32,000 nucleotides of DNA from Zymomonas mobilis subsp. mobilis ATCC 10988 (GCF_000175255.2 NC_017262.1:1110001-1142000), one strand, 5' to 3'. Counted from the stretch's first letter, positions 9,648 to 19,576 are shown. Notes: generated by a model from the letters alone, not told the origin. Translations and numbers: made by a program.

Positions 9648-10274
9648 TTAAAAATGAAAAAATTCTTTTAAGCCATCTAGAATAAATTGTATCGCCAAAG
9701 CGGCCAAGATCAATCCTAATACTCGGGTTATCATCGCTTCTGCGCGGCGGCCTAATACGCGCATGATAGGCCCGGCAAGAATAAGAGAAATAACCATCAT
9801 AATTTGAATGGCACCTAACGCCCCAAAGACGGTAATGCGTTGTTCCCAATTCTCGGTTTTGGAAATCAGCAACATAATCGTTGCGATAGAGCCGGGGCCT
9901 GCGATCATTGGAATGGCCATCGGAAAGACAGAAATATCTTCGGCTTCTTCAGGTATTTTTTTTACCTGTCTGGCTCGATCCTCTCTTTTTTGGGTGCGCT
10001 TTTCAAAGACCATTTCGATAGCGGTCAGCAAGACTAAAATACCCCCCGCAATGCGGAAAGCGGCTAAGCCAATGCCGACAGCGCGAAGAAAACTTTCCCC
10101 TAGAAAACCAAAAAAGACCAGAATACCGGACGAAACTAGAACCGCTCTTATGGCCATAGTCCGTTGTTCTGTCGATGTCGCATTTTTGGTAAGGCTTGCG
10201 AAAATAGGGGCGCATCCCGGCACGTCGATAACGACAAAAAGCGAGATGCAGGTCGAGATAAAAAGAGAGATCAT
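9648..10274 (-). CDS. MarC family integral membrane protein
   Basis: Multiple TM segments, LFVVIDVPGCAPIF and FRIAGGILVLLTAIEMVF, plus PMAIPMIAGPGSIATIMLL signature. Confidence 0.85.
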   Translation of the reverse strand: MISLFISTCISLFVVIDVPGCAPIFASLTKNATSTEQRTMAIRAVLVSSGILVFFGFLGESFLRAVGIGLAAFRIAGGILVLLTAIEMVFEKRTQKREDRARQVKKIPEEAEDISVFPMAIPMIAGPGSIATIMLLISKTENWEQRITVFGALGAIQIMMVISLILAGPIMRVLGRRAEAMITRVLGLILAALAIQFILDGLKEFFHF

Positions 10275-10462
10275 AAATGAAAGCTCAAAAAGCCAGATAA
10301 AAAAGGAACGCCGTCAATACGCTTGCCATTACCGAAATTCAAAGAGAAAGTTATAATTTTTTTATTAAAATGGATAACAATCTATCCGTCATTTTACCGT
10401 ATGATATTCTATTTTCAAGTTGTTTTTAAAAATTTTATATCATATTGGCGCAATATATCGTC

Positions 10463-10789
10463 CTACGCATCACCACTGGTAAAACCATGGAAAGGCATCA
10501 TGTAAATATGGCTGACCATTTGGGGGATAATAAACTGATTGATGATCAGAATCACCATCAGCACGACTGCCGGAGAAAGGTCTATTGCCCCGAAATCTGG
10601 TAATATCTTTCTGATGGGGCGATAAAGCGGTTCCGTTAGCTGATCGAGGGTATAGACGACTTTACGGACAAACTCGTTATCGGAATTGATAACGTTAAAG
10701 GCGATCAGCCACGAGCATACGGCCTGAATGAGAATAACCCACCACAAGATATTGAGCATAAAATAGATAATTTCCAAGATTAAAATCAT
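10463..10789 (-). CDS. YggT family membrane protein
   Basis: Small protein with YggT-type sequence (WWVILIQAVCSWLIAFN; LTEPLYRPIRKILPDFGAIDLSPAVVLMVILII). Confidence 0.88.
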   Translation of the reverse strand: MILILEIIYFMLNILWWVILIQAVCSWLIAFNVINSDNEFVRKVVYTLDQLTEPLYRPIRKILPDFGAIDLSPAVVLMVILIINQFIIPQMVSHIYMMPFHGFTSGDA

Positions 10790-10812
10790 GTCATATCGTC
10801 CTGATTACGGGG

Positions 10813-11853
10813 CTATTTGCCGGGGGCTGATAAAAAATCGATGCTGATATTCTTGGCATTGGGGGGAATATTGAAAGTGGCGCTATCGAATTGAGCGACT
10901 TCATCCGGTTTCAAACTGGCGATTGGGGCAGGGGCGATCCAATTAAAAACGGACTGGCCTTTATCATCCAAAAGATCAATGCGGATATCGGGCACCTTCA
11001 GGGTTTTATTATCGTGGTTAACGATTTGTCCTGAAATAGAAAGAAGCTCGTTATTGCTATTGGTGCGATGTCTTTCATTGGTGACATGCTCAATCGTCAG
11101 GCTGTTTTCAGCGGTTTTTGTCGCGGCAAAAGCGGCATTAGAGGGCTTTCTGTGCACAAAGTAATAAGTACTGGCTGCAATCAGCAAAACAATAAGCGCA
11201 GCGGCCGTGCCTAATACCCAGCTTTTCATCCAAGGTTTAGTCGGATTGGCCGGTAATGATGCCCGATGATTACGGAAATCATAATCTCGGTTTAGATCAT
11301 CATCCTGATCATTGGAAAAATCATAGCCTTGCGTGTTGGAAGAAAGTTTGTAGCTGAAAGCTGAGAAATCCTCGGATTCTGGCTTTTGGGTGGAAAAGCT
11401 TTCTTCTTTATCTTTATTTTCTTGGTCAGAAGAGGCCGATTTTTCTTGAGCTGATAATGCCGCCAGAAAAGGCACCGAGGCGATACTGCTTTCTTCTTTC
11501 TTTTCTGGAACCACTTTTTCTGAATAGCTATCCGATTTTATCGATTCCGCGCTGGTCGGTTCAGTCAATGCCTCGCTCTCTTCCTTTTTATTGGAAGAAG
11601 CCTGTTGTGATAAAGCCGGGGCTGGCTTGTCCTTGGGCGTGTTTTCTTCTTGAAGAGCTTCTTCTGAAGAGGTCGAAACTGTCTCTTCTTGATCGGAGGA
11701 TTCAGGAACAGGGGTTTCTGTTTCGTCACGACTGTCAGGGTAGGCGATCCAGCTATGACCGCAACTGGCACAACGAACACGACGACCATTCGCCGTAATC
11801 ATGCCATCTTGAACTTCGTAATCGGTATGGCAGGCTGGACAGGTTAAAATCAT
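10813..11853 (-). CDS. Zinc-ribbon domain-containing membrane protein (MJ0042-type finger, central low-complexity region, one TM helix, C-terminal extracytoplasmic domain)
   Basis: MILTCPACHTDYEVQDGMITANGRRVRCASCGHSW zinc ribbon and TM helix WVLGTAAALIVLLIAASTYYFV. The track ORF opens at 11907; 11853 fits the known N-terminus of this family. Confidence 0.75.
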   Translation of the reverse strand: MILTCPACHTDYEVQDGMITANGRRVRCASCGHSWIAYPDSRDETETPVPESSDQEETVSTSSEEALQEENTPKDKPAPALSQQASSNKKEESEALTEPTSAESIKSDSYSEKVVPEKKEESSIASVPFLAALSAQEKSASSDQENKDKEESFSTQKPESEDFSAFSYKLSSNTQGYDFSNDQDDDLNRDYDFRNHRASLPANPTKPWMKSWVLGTAAALIVLLIAASTYYFVHRKPSNAAFAATKTAENSLTIEHVTNERHRTNSNNELLSISGQIVNHDNKTLKVPDIRIDLLDDKGQSVFNWIAPAPIASLKPDEVAQFDSATFNIPPNAKNISIDFLSAPGK

Positions 11854-12058
11854 GGCTCTTCTACGCTTGTATGAGGAGTATTTATGCCACTTAATCCGGT
11901 AAAGCACGCCTTGCTGACCGGAGCAAGTATCCGGCTGTTCGGAATAAGAACCGCTTTTTCCAAAACATGCTCAATAATAAGGTGCTTTACTGATATAAAG
12001 GCATTTTTTAATTTTGTCTTGTGGGATAGTTTACTTTGTTTTTAAAAAAGAGGCCTTT

Positions 12059-12760
12059 TTGAGCGCTATCGTTCAGTTCGATCATGTCCATTTTGCTTAT
12101 AATGCAGGGGCTGATATTTTATCCGATCTCAATCTGACATTTGAGCCGGGACAATTCTATTTTGTGACGGGCGCGTCTGGTGCCGGTAAAACATCCCTGT
12201 TGAAGATGATTTATATGGCTTTGCGGCCTTATCGCGGTAGTGTGCGGATATTCGGTGAAGACGTAATGACTTTACCGGAACGCTATATCCCGAGTTTGAG
12301 ACAGCGCATTGGTATTGTCTTTCAGGATTTCCGTCTTGTTCCTGAACTGAATGTTTTTGATAACATTGCGCTGCCTTTGCGTTTGGATAGACGAAAAGAA
12401 AATTTTATCCATTCTACAGTTGGCCGGATTTTGGTTCAGATTGATTTGCCGGATAAAGCCTTTCATTTTCCAGAAACGCTGTCCGGTGGTGAGCAGCAGA
12501 GAATAGCGATTGCCCGTGCGCTTATTCGTCGTCCTCAAATATTGGTCGCGGATGAGCCGACCGGTAATATTGATGATGGGTTGGCAGCCTCTATTCTGCA
12601 TTTGCTGTCTGCTCTTAGCAAAAGAGGGATGACGGTTATTATGGCAACCCACGACTTGCATTTGTTGGATAGGGTGCCGCATGCCAAACATATCCGTTTA
12701 GGGACAAAGGGAAATCTTGAATCTGTAGCGCTTCTCGACCAATGGTCTCCCTTGAAATGA
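12059..12760 (+). CDS. ftsE: Cell division ATP-binding protein FtsE
   Basis: ABC ATPase: GASGAGKTSLLKM, LSGGEQQRIAIARAL, ILVADEPTGNIDD. Directly overlaps an ftsX-like gene. The track start is ATG 12014; TTG 12059 (SAIVQFDHVHF) is more family-like and is preceded by aagagg. Confidence 0.88.
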   Translation: MSAIVQFDHVHFAYNAGADILSDLNLTFEPGQFYFVTGASGAGKTSLLKMIYMALRPYRGSVRIFGEDVMTLPERYIPSLRQRIGIVFQDFRLVPELNVFDNIALPLRLDRRKENFIHSTVGRILVQIDLPDKAFHFPETLSGGEQQRIAIARALIRRPQILVADEPTGNIDDGLAASILHLLSALSKRGMTVIMATHDLHLLDRVPHAKHIRLGTKGNLESVALLDQWSPLK

Positions 12761-13632
12761 AAAAACTGATATTCTTTCAGGATCAACATCTTTTGGGAAA
12801 AGCGCCTCTTTCCCGTACGCTTTCATGGCTTGTGGCTTTGATGATGGCGCTTTTGACCCTAGCCTTGCTTTTTGTGTTGTCTATTCATCAAAGAGCTATC
12901 TCTTTGCACGATCAGCTAGCCGATCGTTTGACAGTTCAGATTGTCGAAGCCGATCCATCAAACAGAGATAGGCAAAAAGAAGCGGCCTTGCACCTATTAC
13001 AAAGCCTGTCATCAGTAAAATCGGTGCATGCTTTATCTCAACAGGAATTAGAAAAGCTGGTTGAACCTTGGTTGGGCGATCATGCGGCTTCTGAAATCAC
13101 TTTGCCTGCTTTGATTGATTTTACGATTTTGCCACATGGCGATAAACAGGCGATCGCGGCAGAAATTCATCACGCTGCGCCTTCCGCTTCTCTGGATGAC
13201 CATGGTTCCAGTGGGGCTACTTTGTTATCTTTTCTATCTCTTTTAAGCAGCTTGCTTTGGAGCGTTATTCTCTCTTTAATTTTTGCTACAATTGCTATCA
13301 TTGCATTGGCGGTGCGGTCTGCCGTGAATGGCTGTCATGACAAGATTATTTTACTGTCTTTACTGGGCGCAGAGCAGAACCGGATAGCGGGTTTATTCTG
13401 TTACAAAACCGGATTTGATGTTTTCAAAGGAAGCGTTATCGGCTGTGCTATTTCGGTTTTAATCGCGGTTTTATCTAGGCGTTTACTGGCGAGTTTACCT
13501 ACCCCTATTTTTCATTCGGATAGTATAAATTTTTTGCCGCTGCTTTTTATCGCTTTTTTGCCTATTATCACGGTTATAATAGGCGTTATCACGGCTCATA
13601 TAATCGTTTTGCGGATGGTTGAAAAAAGATGA
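12757..13632 (+). CDS. ftsX: FtsX-like permease / cell division protein
   Basis: Four-TM-like topology, an N-terminal TM helix followed by an extracytoplasmic loop, and ATGA overlap with the ftsE stop. The track ORF opens at 12742. Confidence 0.82.
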   Translation: MKKLIFFQDQHLLGKAPLSRTLSWLVALMMALLTLALLFVLSIHQRAISLHDQLADRLTVQIVEADPSNRDRQKEAALHLLQSLSSVKSVHALSQQELEKLVEPWLGDHAASEITLPALIDFTILPHGDKQAIAAEIHHAAPSASLDDHGSSGATLLSFLSLLSSLLWSVILSLIFATIAIIALAVRSAVNGCHDKIILLSLLGAEQNRIAGLFCYKTGFDVFKGSVIGCAISVLIAVLSRRLLASLPTPIFHSDSINFLPLLFIAFLPIITVIIGVITAHIIVLRMVEKR

Positions 13633-14275
13633 CAAGACGCGGATTTTCCTTTTGGTTCCCTTTATGAACGCCAAAGCTATTCTTCTTGGGTCTATCCGCT
13701 TTCTGATCTGTCTTTTTATGCTTTGGTTAGGAGGATTCTGGCTTTTCTATTCTTTCCATGCACATCCGACGAATAAACAGGTAACAGATGGTATCGTCGT
13801 TTTGACTGGCGGCGCAGGCCGGATTGACCGAGGCCTGATGATGTTGGAGCGTCACCAAGCTAAAAAAATGCTGGTTTCAGGCGTTAACCGTCAAGTAAAA
13901 GCTGAAGAATTGGCCGCCCTTTATGATATTCCTTCCCATTTGATAGAATGTTGTGTCGATCTAGGCACTCAAGCGGTTGATACCAGTTCCAACGCCCAAG
14001 AAACCGCAGAATGGATAACGCTTAATCACTATCATTCGGTTCGTCTGATTACGACAGATTGGCATATGGCAAGAGCACGTTTCGAACTGTCTTTGATGAT
14101 TGGGAAAGATATCAAAGTTGTTGAAGATGCCATTCCCAGCCATGCCGGCTGGCGGGTCTGGATTATCGAATATTGCAAATATCTATGGCGGCGTTCCAGC
14201 GTTGCCATCGGTTTTAATTCGATTCCCTATCCTTCGGCTCCGGCCTCTATCTGGCGTTATTTTCATCAGAAATGA
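13619..14275 (+). CDS. YdcF family / DUF218 protein
   Basis: GIVVLTGGAGRIDRGLMMLERHQAKKMLVSGV and TTDWHMARARFEL are characteristic of the DUF218/YdcF family. The start may be 13619 or downstream at 13664 (MNAKAIL). Confidence 0.82.
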   Translation: MKKDDKTRIFLLVPFMNAKAILLGSIRFLICLFMLWLGGFWLFYSFHAHPTNKQVTDGIVVLTGGAGRIDRGLMMLERHQAKKMLVSGVNRQVKAEELAALYDIPSHLIECCVDLGTQAVDTSSNAQETAEWITLNHYHSVRLITTDWHMARARFELSLMIGKDIKVVEDAIPSHAGWRVWIIEYCKYLWRRSSVAIGFNSIPYPSAPASIWRYFHQK

Positions 14276-14314
14276 TCTTGGCTGGCTTTTGGGAAGAGAA
14301 TATTTTACTGACTT

Positions 14315-15076
14315 TTGAAATTTATGCCGTTTAAAAATGGCTTTATCCGTTCTGAATTTGGAATTGAATATATGATAGCCAAGTTACGCGCCGCGCTATT
14401 TCTGGTCATATTTTATAGCCTGACTGTTCTGATGATTTTTATGGCTTTTCCTCTATTGTTGGGGAAACAATCCGCCATGTGGCGGCAGGCTAATCGCTGG
14501 GCGCGACTGCATAGCTTTTTGGCGCGTCATATCATCGGTATTCATAGTGAATGGCTGGGTGATAAGCTGGATACCCTTTTTTCAGAAGATCGCGTTTATT
14601 TGGTGGTGGCTAAACATGAATCCATGTTTGAAACCTTGGAATTGGTACGCTTTTTAGGGCATCCAGCCATTATCTTAAAAAAAGAACTGGTTGATTTGCC
14701 GCTTTTTGGTCGCCTGTTAAAAGCGCATGGCTCTATCCCAGTTGATCGGTCGCGTTCTGCTGTCGCCTTGAGACGGATGTTACGGGCTGCGGGGGATGCA
14801 AAAGAGCAGGGACGGTCACTATTACTTTTTCCTGAAGGCACCCGAGTTGCCCATGGTGACGCCCCGCCTATCCGCGCCGGATTTTATGGTCTCTATAAAA
14901 TGCTGAATCTGCCTGTTGTGCCGATTGCACTTGATAGTGGTTTACTCTGGGGCGGTGGTCTCAATAAAAAAGCAGGTATTGTACATTTTCAAGCTGGTGA
15001 AGTGATACCAGCCGGATTGCCGCGGAAGGAAGCCGAAGCGCTTGTTCATGCTGCGATCAATCGCTTTAATCAGTAA
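14315..15076 (+). CDS. 1-acyl-sn-glycerol-3-phosphate acyltransferase (PlsC-like)
   Basis: VVAKHESMFETLE catalytic block, GSIPVDRS and LLLFPEGTR motifs. The start could be internal (14324 or 14372). Confidence 0.88.
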   Translation: MKFMPFKNGFIRSEFGIEYMIAKLRAALFLVIFYSLTVLMIFMAFPLLLGKQSAMWRQANRWARLHSFLARHIIGIHSEWLGDKLDTLFSEDRVYLVVAKHESMFETLELVRFLGHPAIILKKELVDLPLFGRLLKAHGSIPVDRSRSAVALRRMLRAAGDAKEQGRSLLLFPEGTRVAHGDAPPIRAGFYGLYKMLNLPVVPIALDSGLLWGGGLNKKAGIVHFQAGEVIPAGLPRKEAEALVHAAINRFNQ

Positions 15077-15105
15077 AAAAGCCGTCAGAAAAATATCTGA
15101 CGGCT
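15075..15105 (-). terminator. Rho-independent terminator for the hisC-tyrC transcript (minus strand)
   Basis: agccgtcaga-(loop)-tctgacggct with the T run (aaaaaa on the + strand) on the 3' side of the minus-strand transcript. Confidence 0.8.
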
Positions 15106-15123
15106 GAATAATACTGGTAAATT

Positions 15124-16005
15124 TTAAGGGTGAATATCGTGGTCTGTTTTTAAGGCTAAACGCGCTTTCTGCGATTCTTTGAAATGCTCAAGAAGATAAT
15201 CCCCATCTTGCGAAGCAATAGCTGTCCGCAATTTTTTGAGATCTGCGATAAAATGATCCAGCACTGGTAAAAGAGCAGGCGCATTTTCCAGCATAATATC
15301 TTGCCAGAGACGAGGTTCCGAAGCCGCTACCCGCGTCGCATCCCGAAAGCTGCCTGCCGAATAACGCATGATGGGTGTCCGGCTTTTTTTCTCATAACCC
15401 GATACCATCCCTATAAGTTGGTATGCAATGACATGAGGCAAATGGCTGGTAAGCGCCAAAACGTGATCGTGATGTTCCGCCGACATCAGATTGATACGCC
15501 CGCCAATTTCTTCCCAATAATCGGCGATATAGGCGATAGCCTGTGCCGGTGTATGGGCATCAGGGGTCAGAATAACAGGATGGTCTTGGAATAATTCAGC
15601 AAAACCGGCGTCGGGTCCGTTATTTTCAGTCCCAGCCAAAGGATGGCTAGGAACAATAATGTGATTGGGTAAATTGTCTTGCAGCGTTTTTATAACGCTG
15701 ACTTTTACCGAACCTGTATCGCAGATAATAACGTCTTTTTTCAGCGCCGGTGCCATCGCTGCCGCGACGATACCCATTGCCCTGACTGGCACGCATAATA
15801 GCACCAGATCAGCCTCACGAACCGCATCTTGAATATCATCGGTGACATTGTCGCCGAGATTGAGCGCTCTAGCTCTGTCGCGGACAAATTCGCTTTTGTC
15901 ATAGAGACTGACCGTTACATCAGGACAATAGGCCTTTGTTGCCCGTGCCGCAGAGGAACCGATCAGTCCTAATCCGATAATGGCAATATGCTTAAAGACG
16001 GTCAC
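15124..16005 (-). CDS. tyrC: Prephenate/arogenate (cyclohexadienyl) dehydrogenase
   Basis: IIGLGLIGSSAARATK Rossmann fold, VCVPVRAMG and IVPSHPLAGTENNGPDAG motifs. GTG start immediately after the hisC stop. The symbol is chosen by analogy with the Zymomonas hisC/tyrC arrangement. Confidence 0.9.
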   Translation of the reverse strand: MTVFKHIAIIGLGLIGSSAARATKAYCPDVTVSLYDKSEFVRDRARALNLGDNVTDDIQDAVREADLVLLCVPVRAMGIVAAAMAPALKKDVIICDTGSVKVSVIKTLQDNLPNHIIVPSHPLAGTENNGPDAGFAELFQDHPVILTPDAHTPAQAIAYIADYWEEIGGRINLMSAEHHDHVLALTSHLPHVIAYQLIGMVSGYEKKSRTPIMRYSAGSFRDATRVAASEPRLWQDIMLENAPALLPVLDHFIADLKKLRTAIASQDGDYLLEHFKESQKARLALKTDHDIHP

Positions 16006-17115
16006 TTAGAGCGCCTGCCTAACCAAGGAAGTTAAAATACCAGCGACATCCTGCATATGTTTTTCACTGCCGATAGTGATACGTAATGCGTGAGGAAGGC
16101 GCTGTCCCGGCAACCAACGGGTGGTATAGCCGTGATCCATCAAGGCTTTATAGGCGGTTTCAGCCGTCAGGCTGCCTTCAAACAGCAGTAAAGTAAAATT
16201 GGCAGAGGACGGGATAACACGAATGCCAGCATTACTTAAAAGCGCCATCTGGTTTTCAAACCAGCCACGCCATTTTTTGTTATGTTTGAAGCTGTTCTGG
16301 ATGAAAGCCTGATCTTCCAAAGCGGCGACCGCTGCCTTTTGTCCCGCAATCGTGACATTGAAGGGTGCCCGTATCCGGTTAAGGGCATCAATGATTTCAG
16401 GGCAAGCATAAGCCCAGCCAATTCTTTCAGCGGCCAATCCGTAAATTTTAGAAAATGTCCGCGTTACCAGCACATTTTTTGTGTTTTTGGCGAGTGCTAA
16501 CGCGCCATCATCACATTCAGGATCAAGATATTCAGCATAGGCCTGATCGATAACCAATAAGCAGTTACGGGGAAGGCCGTTATGTAGTTTTTCGACTTCT
16601 GCACGGGTAATCCATGTTCCCGTCGGGTTATTCGGATTGGCAATAAAAACAACCCGCGTCCGTGGCGTGACAGCCTTTAACAAGGCATCAACAGAACAAC
16701 GATAGTCATCATCCGGTGCTTCTACCGGTGTTGCGCCTACGCGTCTGGCAGCCAGCGGATAAACTGAAAAACTATAGCGAGGGTATAAAACCTCGTCATC
16801 TTGTCCGGCATAGGCACCGGCGGCCAAATGCAGGATTTCATCCGATCCGGTGCCGTGAATAATCCGAGCCGGATCAAGATTATAGCAAGCGCCGATAGCC
16901 TCACGCAGAGCGGTTGCCCCACTGTCAGGATACAGGGAAAGGGAGTCTATGGCTTCCCGATAGGCTTCTTTCGCCTTTAGGCTAGTTCCCAAAGGATTTT
17001 CATTAGACGAAAGTTTGACAGCCGGACGGCCATCCAGCGTCTTTGATGACCCCGGTATGTAAGGCGCAATACTGTCGATCCAAGATTTCGGGCGAAGTTC
17101 AGGTGCAGCAGTCAT
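16006..17115 (-). CDS. hisC: Histidinol-phosphate aminotransferase
   Basis: LSSNENPLGTS, GTGSDEILHLAAGAY, FIANPNNPTGTWI and TRTFSKIYGLAAERIGWAY motifs of HisC-type class II aminotransferases. Confidence 0.93.
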   Translation of the reverse strand: MTAAPELRPKSWIDSIAPYIPGSSKTLDGRPAVKLSSNENPLGTSLKAKEAYREAIDSLSLYPDSGATALREAIGACYNLDPARIIHGTGSDEILHLAAGAYAGQDDEVLYPRYSFSVYPLAARRVGATPVEAPDDDYRCSVDALLKAVTPRTRVVFIANPNNPTGTWITRAEVEKLHNGLPRNCLLVIDQAYAEYLDPECDDGALALAKNTKNVLVTRTFSKIYGLAAERIGWAYACPEIIDALNRIRAPFNVTIAGQKAAVAALEDQAFIQNSFKHNKKWRGWFENQMALLSNAGIRVIPSSANFTLLLFEGSLTAETAYKALMDHGYTTRWLPGQRLPHALRITIGSEKHMQDVAGILTSLVRQAL

Positions 17116-17682
17116 AATAGCTCTTTGATAAAAATCCGGATAATAATGGCGCGCGTTAAAGGCTATCCTCGATATTTAATAGTCTTTTCTTTATTTTAGA
17201 ACAAAAGTGACTGATTTTGTATCATAATTTATAAAAAATTTTACAGCTTTTTGGTCAAAGCAGAAAATAGATTGATTTGGTTTATTGGGTTGTGTTTTTC
17301 TTGTTTTTTATAATAAAAAATTAAAAAACTAAATTTTCTTTAATGGTTTTGTTTAAAAAGGCTTTAATTTTTATTTTTTGGTATTTCCTAATAGAGTAAA
17401 ATTGCCGATTTTTTTTAGCGATAAACTGTTTTTTATATTTTTTATGGCCGTTTTTGCTTTGCCACTTTCACGCCCCAACCCAGAAAGGCTTGTTTCAACG
17501 TTCAATATGTTTTTTCGATCGCTGTGATCAAATCAGCTGACCTTGACGATGCTCGCAACTATCTCCATGCTTAATCAGACAAATTTAGTCTTGTTTTTGA
17601 TTCGATTTATCGTTGTTAAAAAATACTATTTTTTTAAAAAAAATTGAAAAAAGATTATTTTTTATTCAGGGTTTTTGATTAT

Positions 17683-18090
17683 ATGCGTCTTTCTAATCTG
17701 ACAGATTATGCCGTTGTCGTGCTGCGTCAGGTTGTTCACCATGGCGCAGGTGCGAAATGTTTAACGACACTAACTATGGCGGAAAAAACAGGTCTCCCTT
17801 TACCTACTGTGCAAAAACTGATGGGGCGTTTAGCCGCAGCCCATCTGCTGACGTCGTTGCGCGGTATGGGGGGCGGATTCACATTGGCACGTCCGGCGGA
17901 GGAAATTACCCTTGCTGATGTCGTCGAAGCCATAGAAGGGCCTATCGCTATGTCATCCTGTGATAACAAAGAAAGCCTTTGCAAATTTTCTGCGGAATGT
18001 GGAATGCGGCCTCGTTGGCCAGAGGTAAACCGCACCGTCAAAAATGCCCTTGAAAGTATCAGTCTTAAAAGTCTTGCGGGAGCATCATAA
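17683..18090 (+). CDS. Rrf2 family transcriptional regulator, SUF system associated
   Basis: [18 protein letters not shown] winged-helix start, [40 protein letters not shown], and a C...C...C cluster motif. Overlaps the sufB start. The track ORF opens at 17644. Confidence 0.9.
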   Translation: MRLSNLTDYAVVVLRQVVHHGAGAKCLTTLTMAEKTGLPLPTVQKLMGRLAAAHLLTSLRGMGGGFTLARPAEEITLADVVEAIEGPIAMSSCDNKESLCKFSAECGMRPRWPEVNRTVKNALESISLKSLAGAS

Positions 18091-19562
18091 TGAGTGAGAC
18101 AAAAAACGAAGCTGCATTGGAAGCGTTAGCCCGCAATGATCGTTATGAATGGGGCTTTTCTTCTGCGGTTGATCAGGAATTCGCTCCGAAAGGATTAAAC
18201 GAGGATATTGTCCGTTTCATTTCGGCCAAAAAAGGCGAGCCGGAATGGATGCTGGAATGGCGATTGGAAGCCTATAAACGCTGGCTCGAAATGGAAATGC
18301 CTCATTGGGCAAAATTGAAGCTGCCTGAAATAGATTATCAGGATGCTTATTATTATGCCGCCCCCAAAGCGAAGCCCAAGATTGAATCTCTGGATGAAAT
18401 TGATCCCGAGATTAGGAAAACCTATGAAAAATTAGGCATCCCGATTGAAGAACAAAAAGTTTTAGCCGGTGTTAGCGGTGCGCGTGAAGTCGCGGTTGAT
18501 GCTGTCTTTGATTCTGTTTCAGTGGCAACCACTTTTCGAGAAAAATTACAGGAAGTGGGTGTTATCTTCCTGTCAATTTCTGAAGCCATCAAGACATATC
18601 CAGAATTGGTCAAGCGCTATCTTGGGCGGGTCGTGCCGGTCAGGGATAACTATTTTTCGGCTTTGAACAGTGCTGTTTTTTCAGATGGCACCTTTGTTTA
18701 TATACCGGAAGGTGTCCGCTGCCCGATGGAATTATCGACTTATTTTCGTATCAATGCCGCGAATACCGGACAATTTGAGCGGACTTTGATCGTCGCTGAT
18801 AAAGGCGCTTATGTCTCTTATCTCGAAGGATGCACTGCCCCCCAACGAGATGAGAATCAGCTTCATGCGGCGGTTGTCGAGATTTTTGTCCATGAGGAAG
18901 CTGAAGTCCGTTATTCGACGGTGCAGAATTGGTATCCCGGCGATGAAAATGGCAAAGGCGGTATCTATAACTTTGTGACCAAGCGGGCGTTATGTGATGG
19001 CGCAAGATCAAAAGTAAGCTGGACTCAGGTTGAAACGGGTTCGGCGATTACTTGGAAATATCCGTCCTGTATCCTCAAAGGCGAGGAATCGGTCGGGGAA
19101 TTCTATTCCATTGCGCTGACCAATAATTATCAGCAGGCAGATACCGGCACCAAGATGATCCATATCGGCAAGAATAGCCGTTCTACTATCATTTCAAAGG
19201 GTATCTCGGCCGGTCACTCTGACAATACCTATCGCGGTTTGGTGAAGGTCGGCGGCGCTGCTGAAAATGTCCGTAACTTTACGCGATGTGACTCTCTTTT
19301 GATTGGCGATAAATGCGGGGCACATACCGTCCCCTATATCGAGGTAAGAAATCCCTCTGCCAAAGTCGAACATGAAGCTACGACCTCGAAAATTTCTGAT
19401 GACGAGCTTTTCTATGCCAGACAGCGCGGATTGAATGAAGATGAAGCCGTGGCTTTGATCGTCAATGGTTTTGCCCGAGACGTTCTACAAAAATTACCAA
19501 TGGAATTTGCGATCGAAGCCCAAAAGTTATTAGGAATCAGCCTTGAAGGTGCGGTTGGCTAA
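18090..19562 (+). CDS. sufB: Fe-S cluster assembly protein SufB
   Basis: SufB sequence ([58 protein letters not shown]; [12 protein letters not shown]). Confidence 0.96.
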   Translation: MSETKNEAALEALARNDRYEWGFSSAVDQEFAPKGLNEDIVRFISAKKGEPEWMLEWRLEAYKRWLEMEMPHWAKLKLPEIDYQDAYYYAAPKAKPKIESLDEIDPEIRKTYEKLGIPIEEQKVLAGVSGAREVAVDAVFDSVSVATTFREKLQEVGVIFLSISEAIKTYPELVKRYLGRVVPVRDNYFSALNSAVFSDGTFVYIPEGVRCPMELSTYFRINAANTGQFERTLIVADKGAYVSYLEGCTAPQRDENQLHAAVVEIFVHEEAEVRYSTVQNWYPGDENGKGGIYNFVTKRALCDGARSKVSWTQVETGSAITWKYPSCILKGEESVGEFYSIALTNNYQQADTGTKMIHIGKNSRSTIISKGISAGHSDNTYRGLVKVGGAAENVRNFTRCDSLLIGDKCGAHTVPYIEVRNPSAKVEHEATTSKISDDELFYARQRGLNEDEAVALIVNGFARDVLQKLPMEFAIEAQKLLGISLEGAVG

Positions 19563-19576
19563 CAGGAGATAATACA

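Noticed and set aside
9648-10274. Possible antibiotic-resistance determinant because of MarC similarity
   Set aside because: MarC family membership does not by itself support a resistance function.
12272-12691. 139-aa minus-strand ORF inside ftsE
   Set aside because: Shadow of the ABC ATPase frame.
14618-14635. PlsC-like protein has HX4E rather than the textbook HX4D catalytic motif
   Set aside because: The KHxSxxET form is common in alphaproteobacterial PlsC-type acyltransferases as I know them, so not treated as novel.
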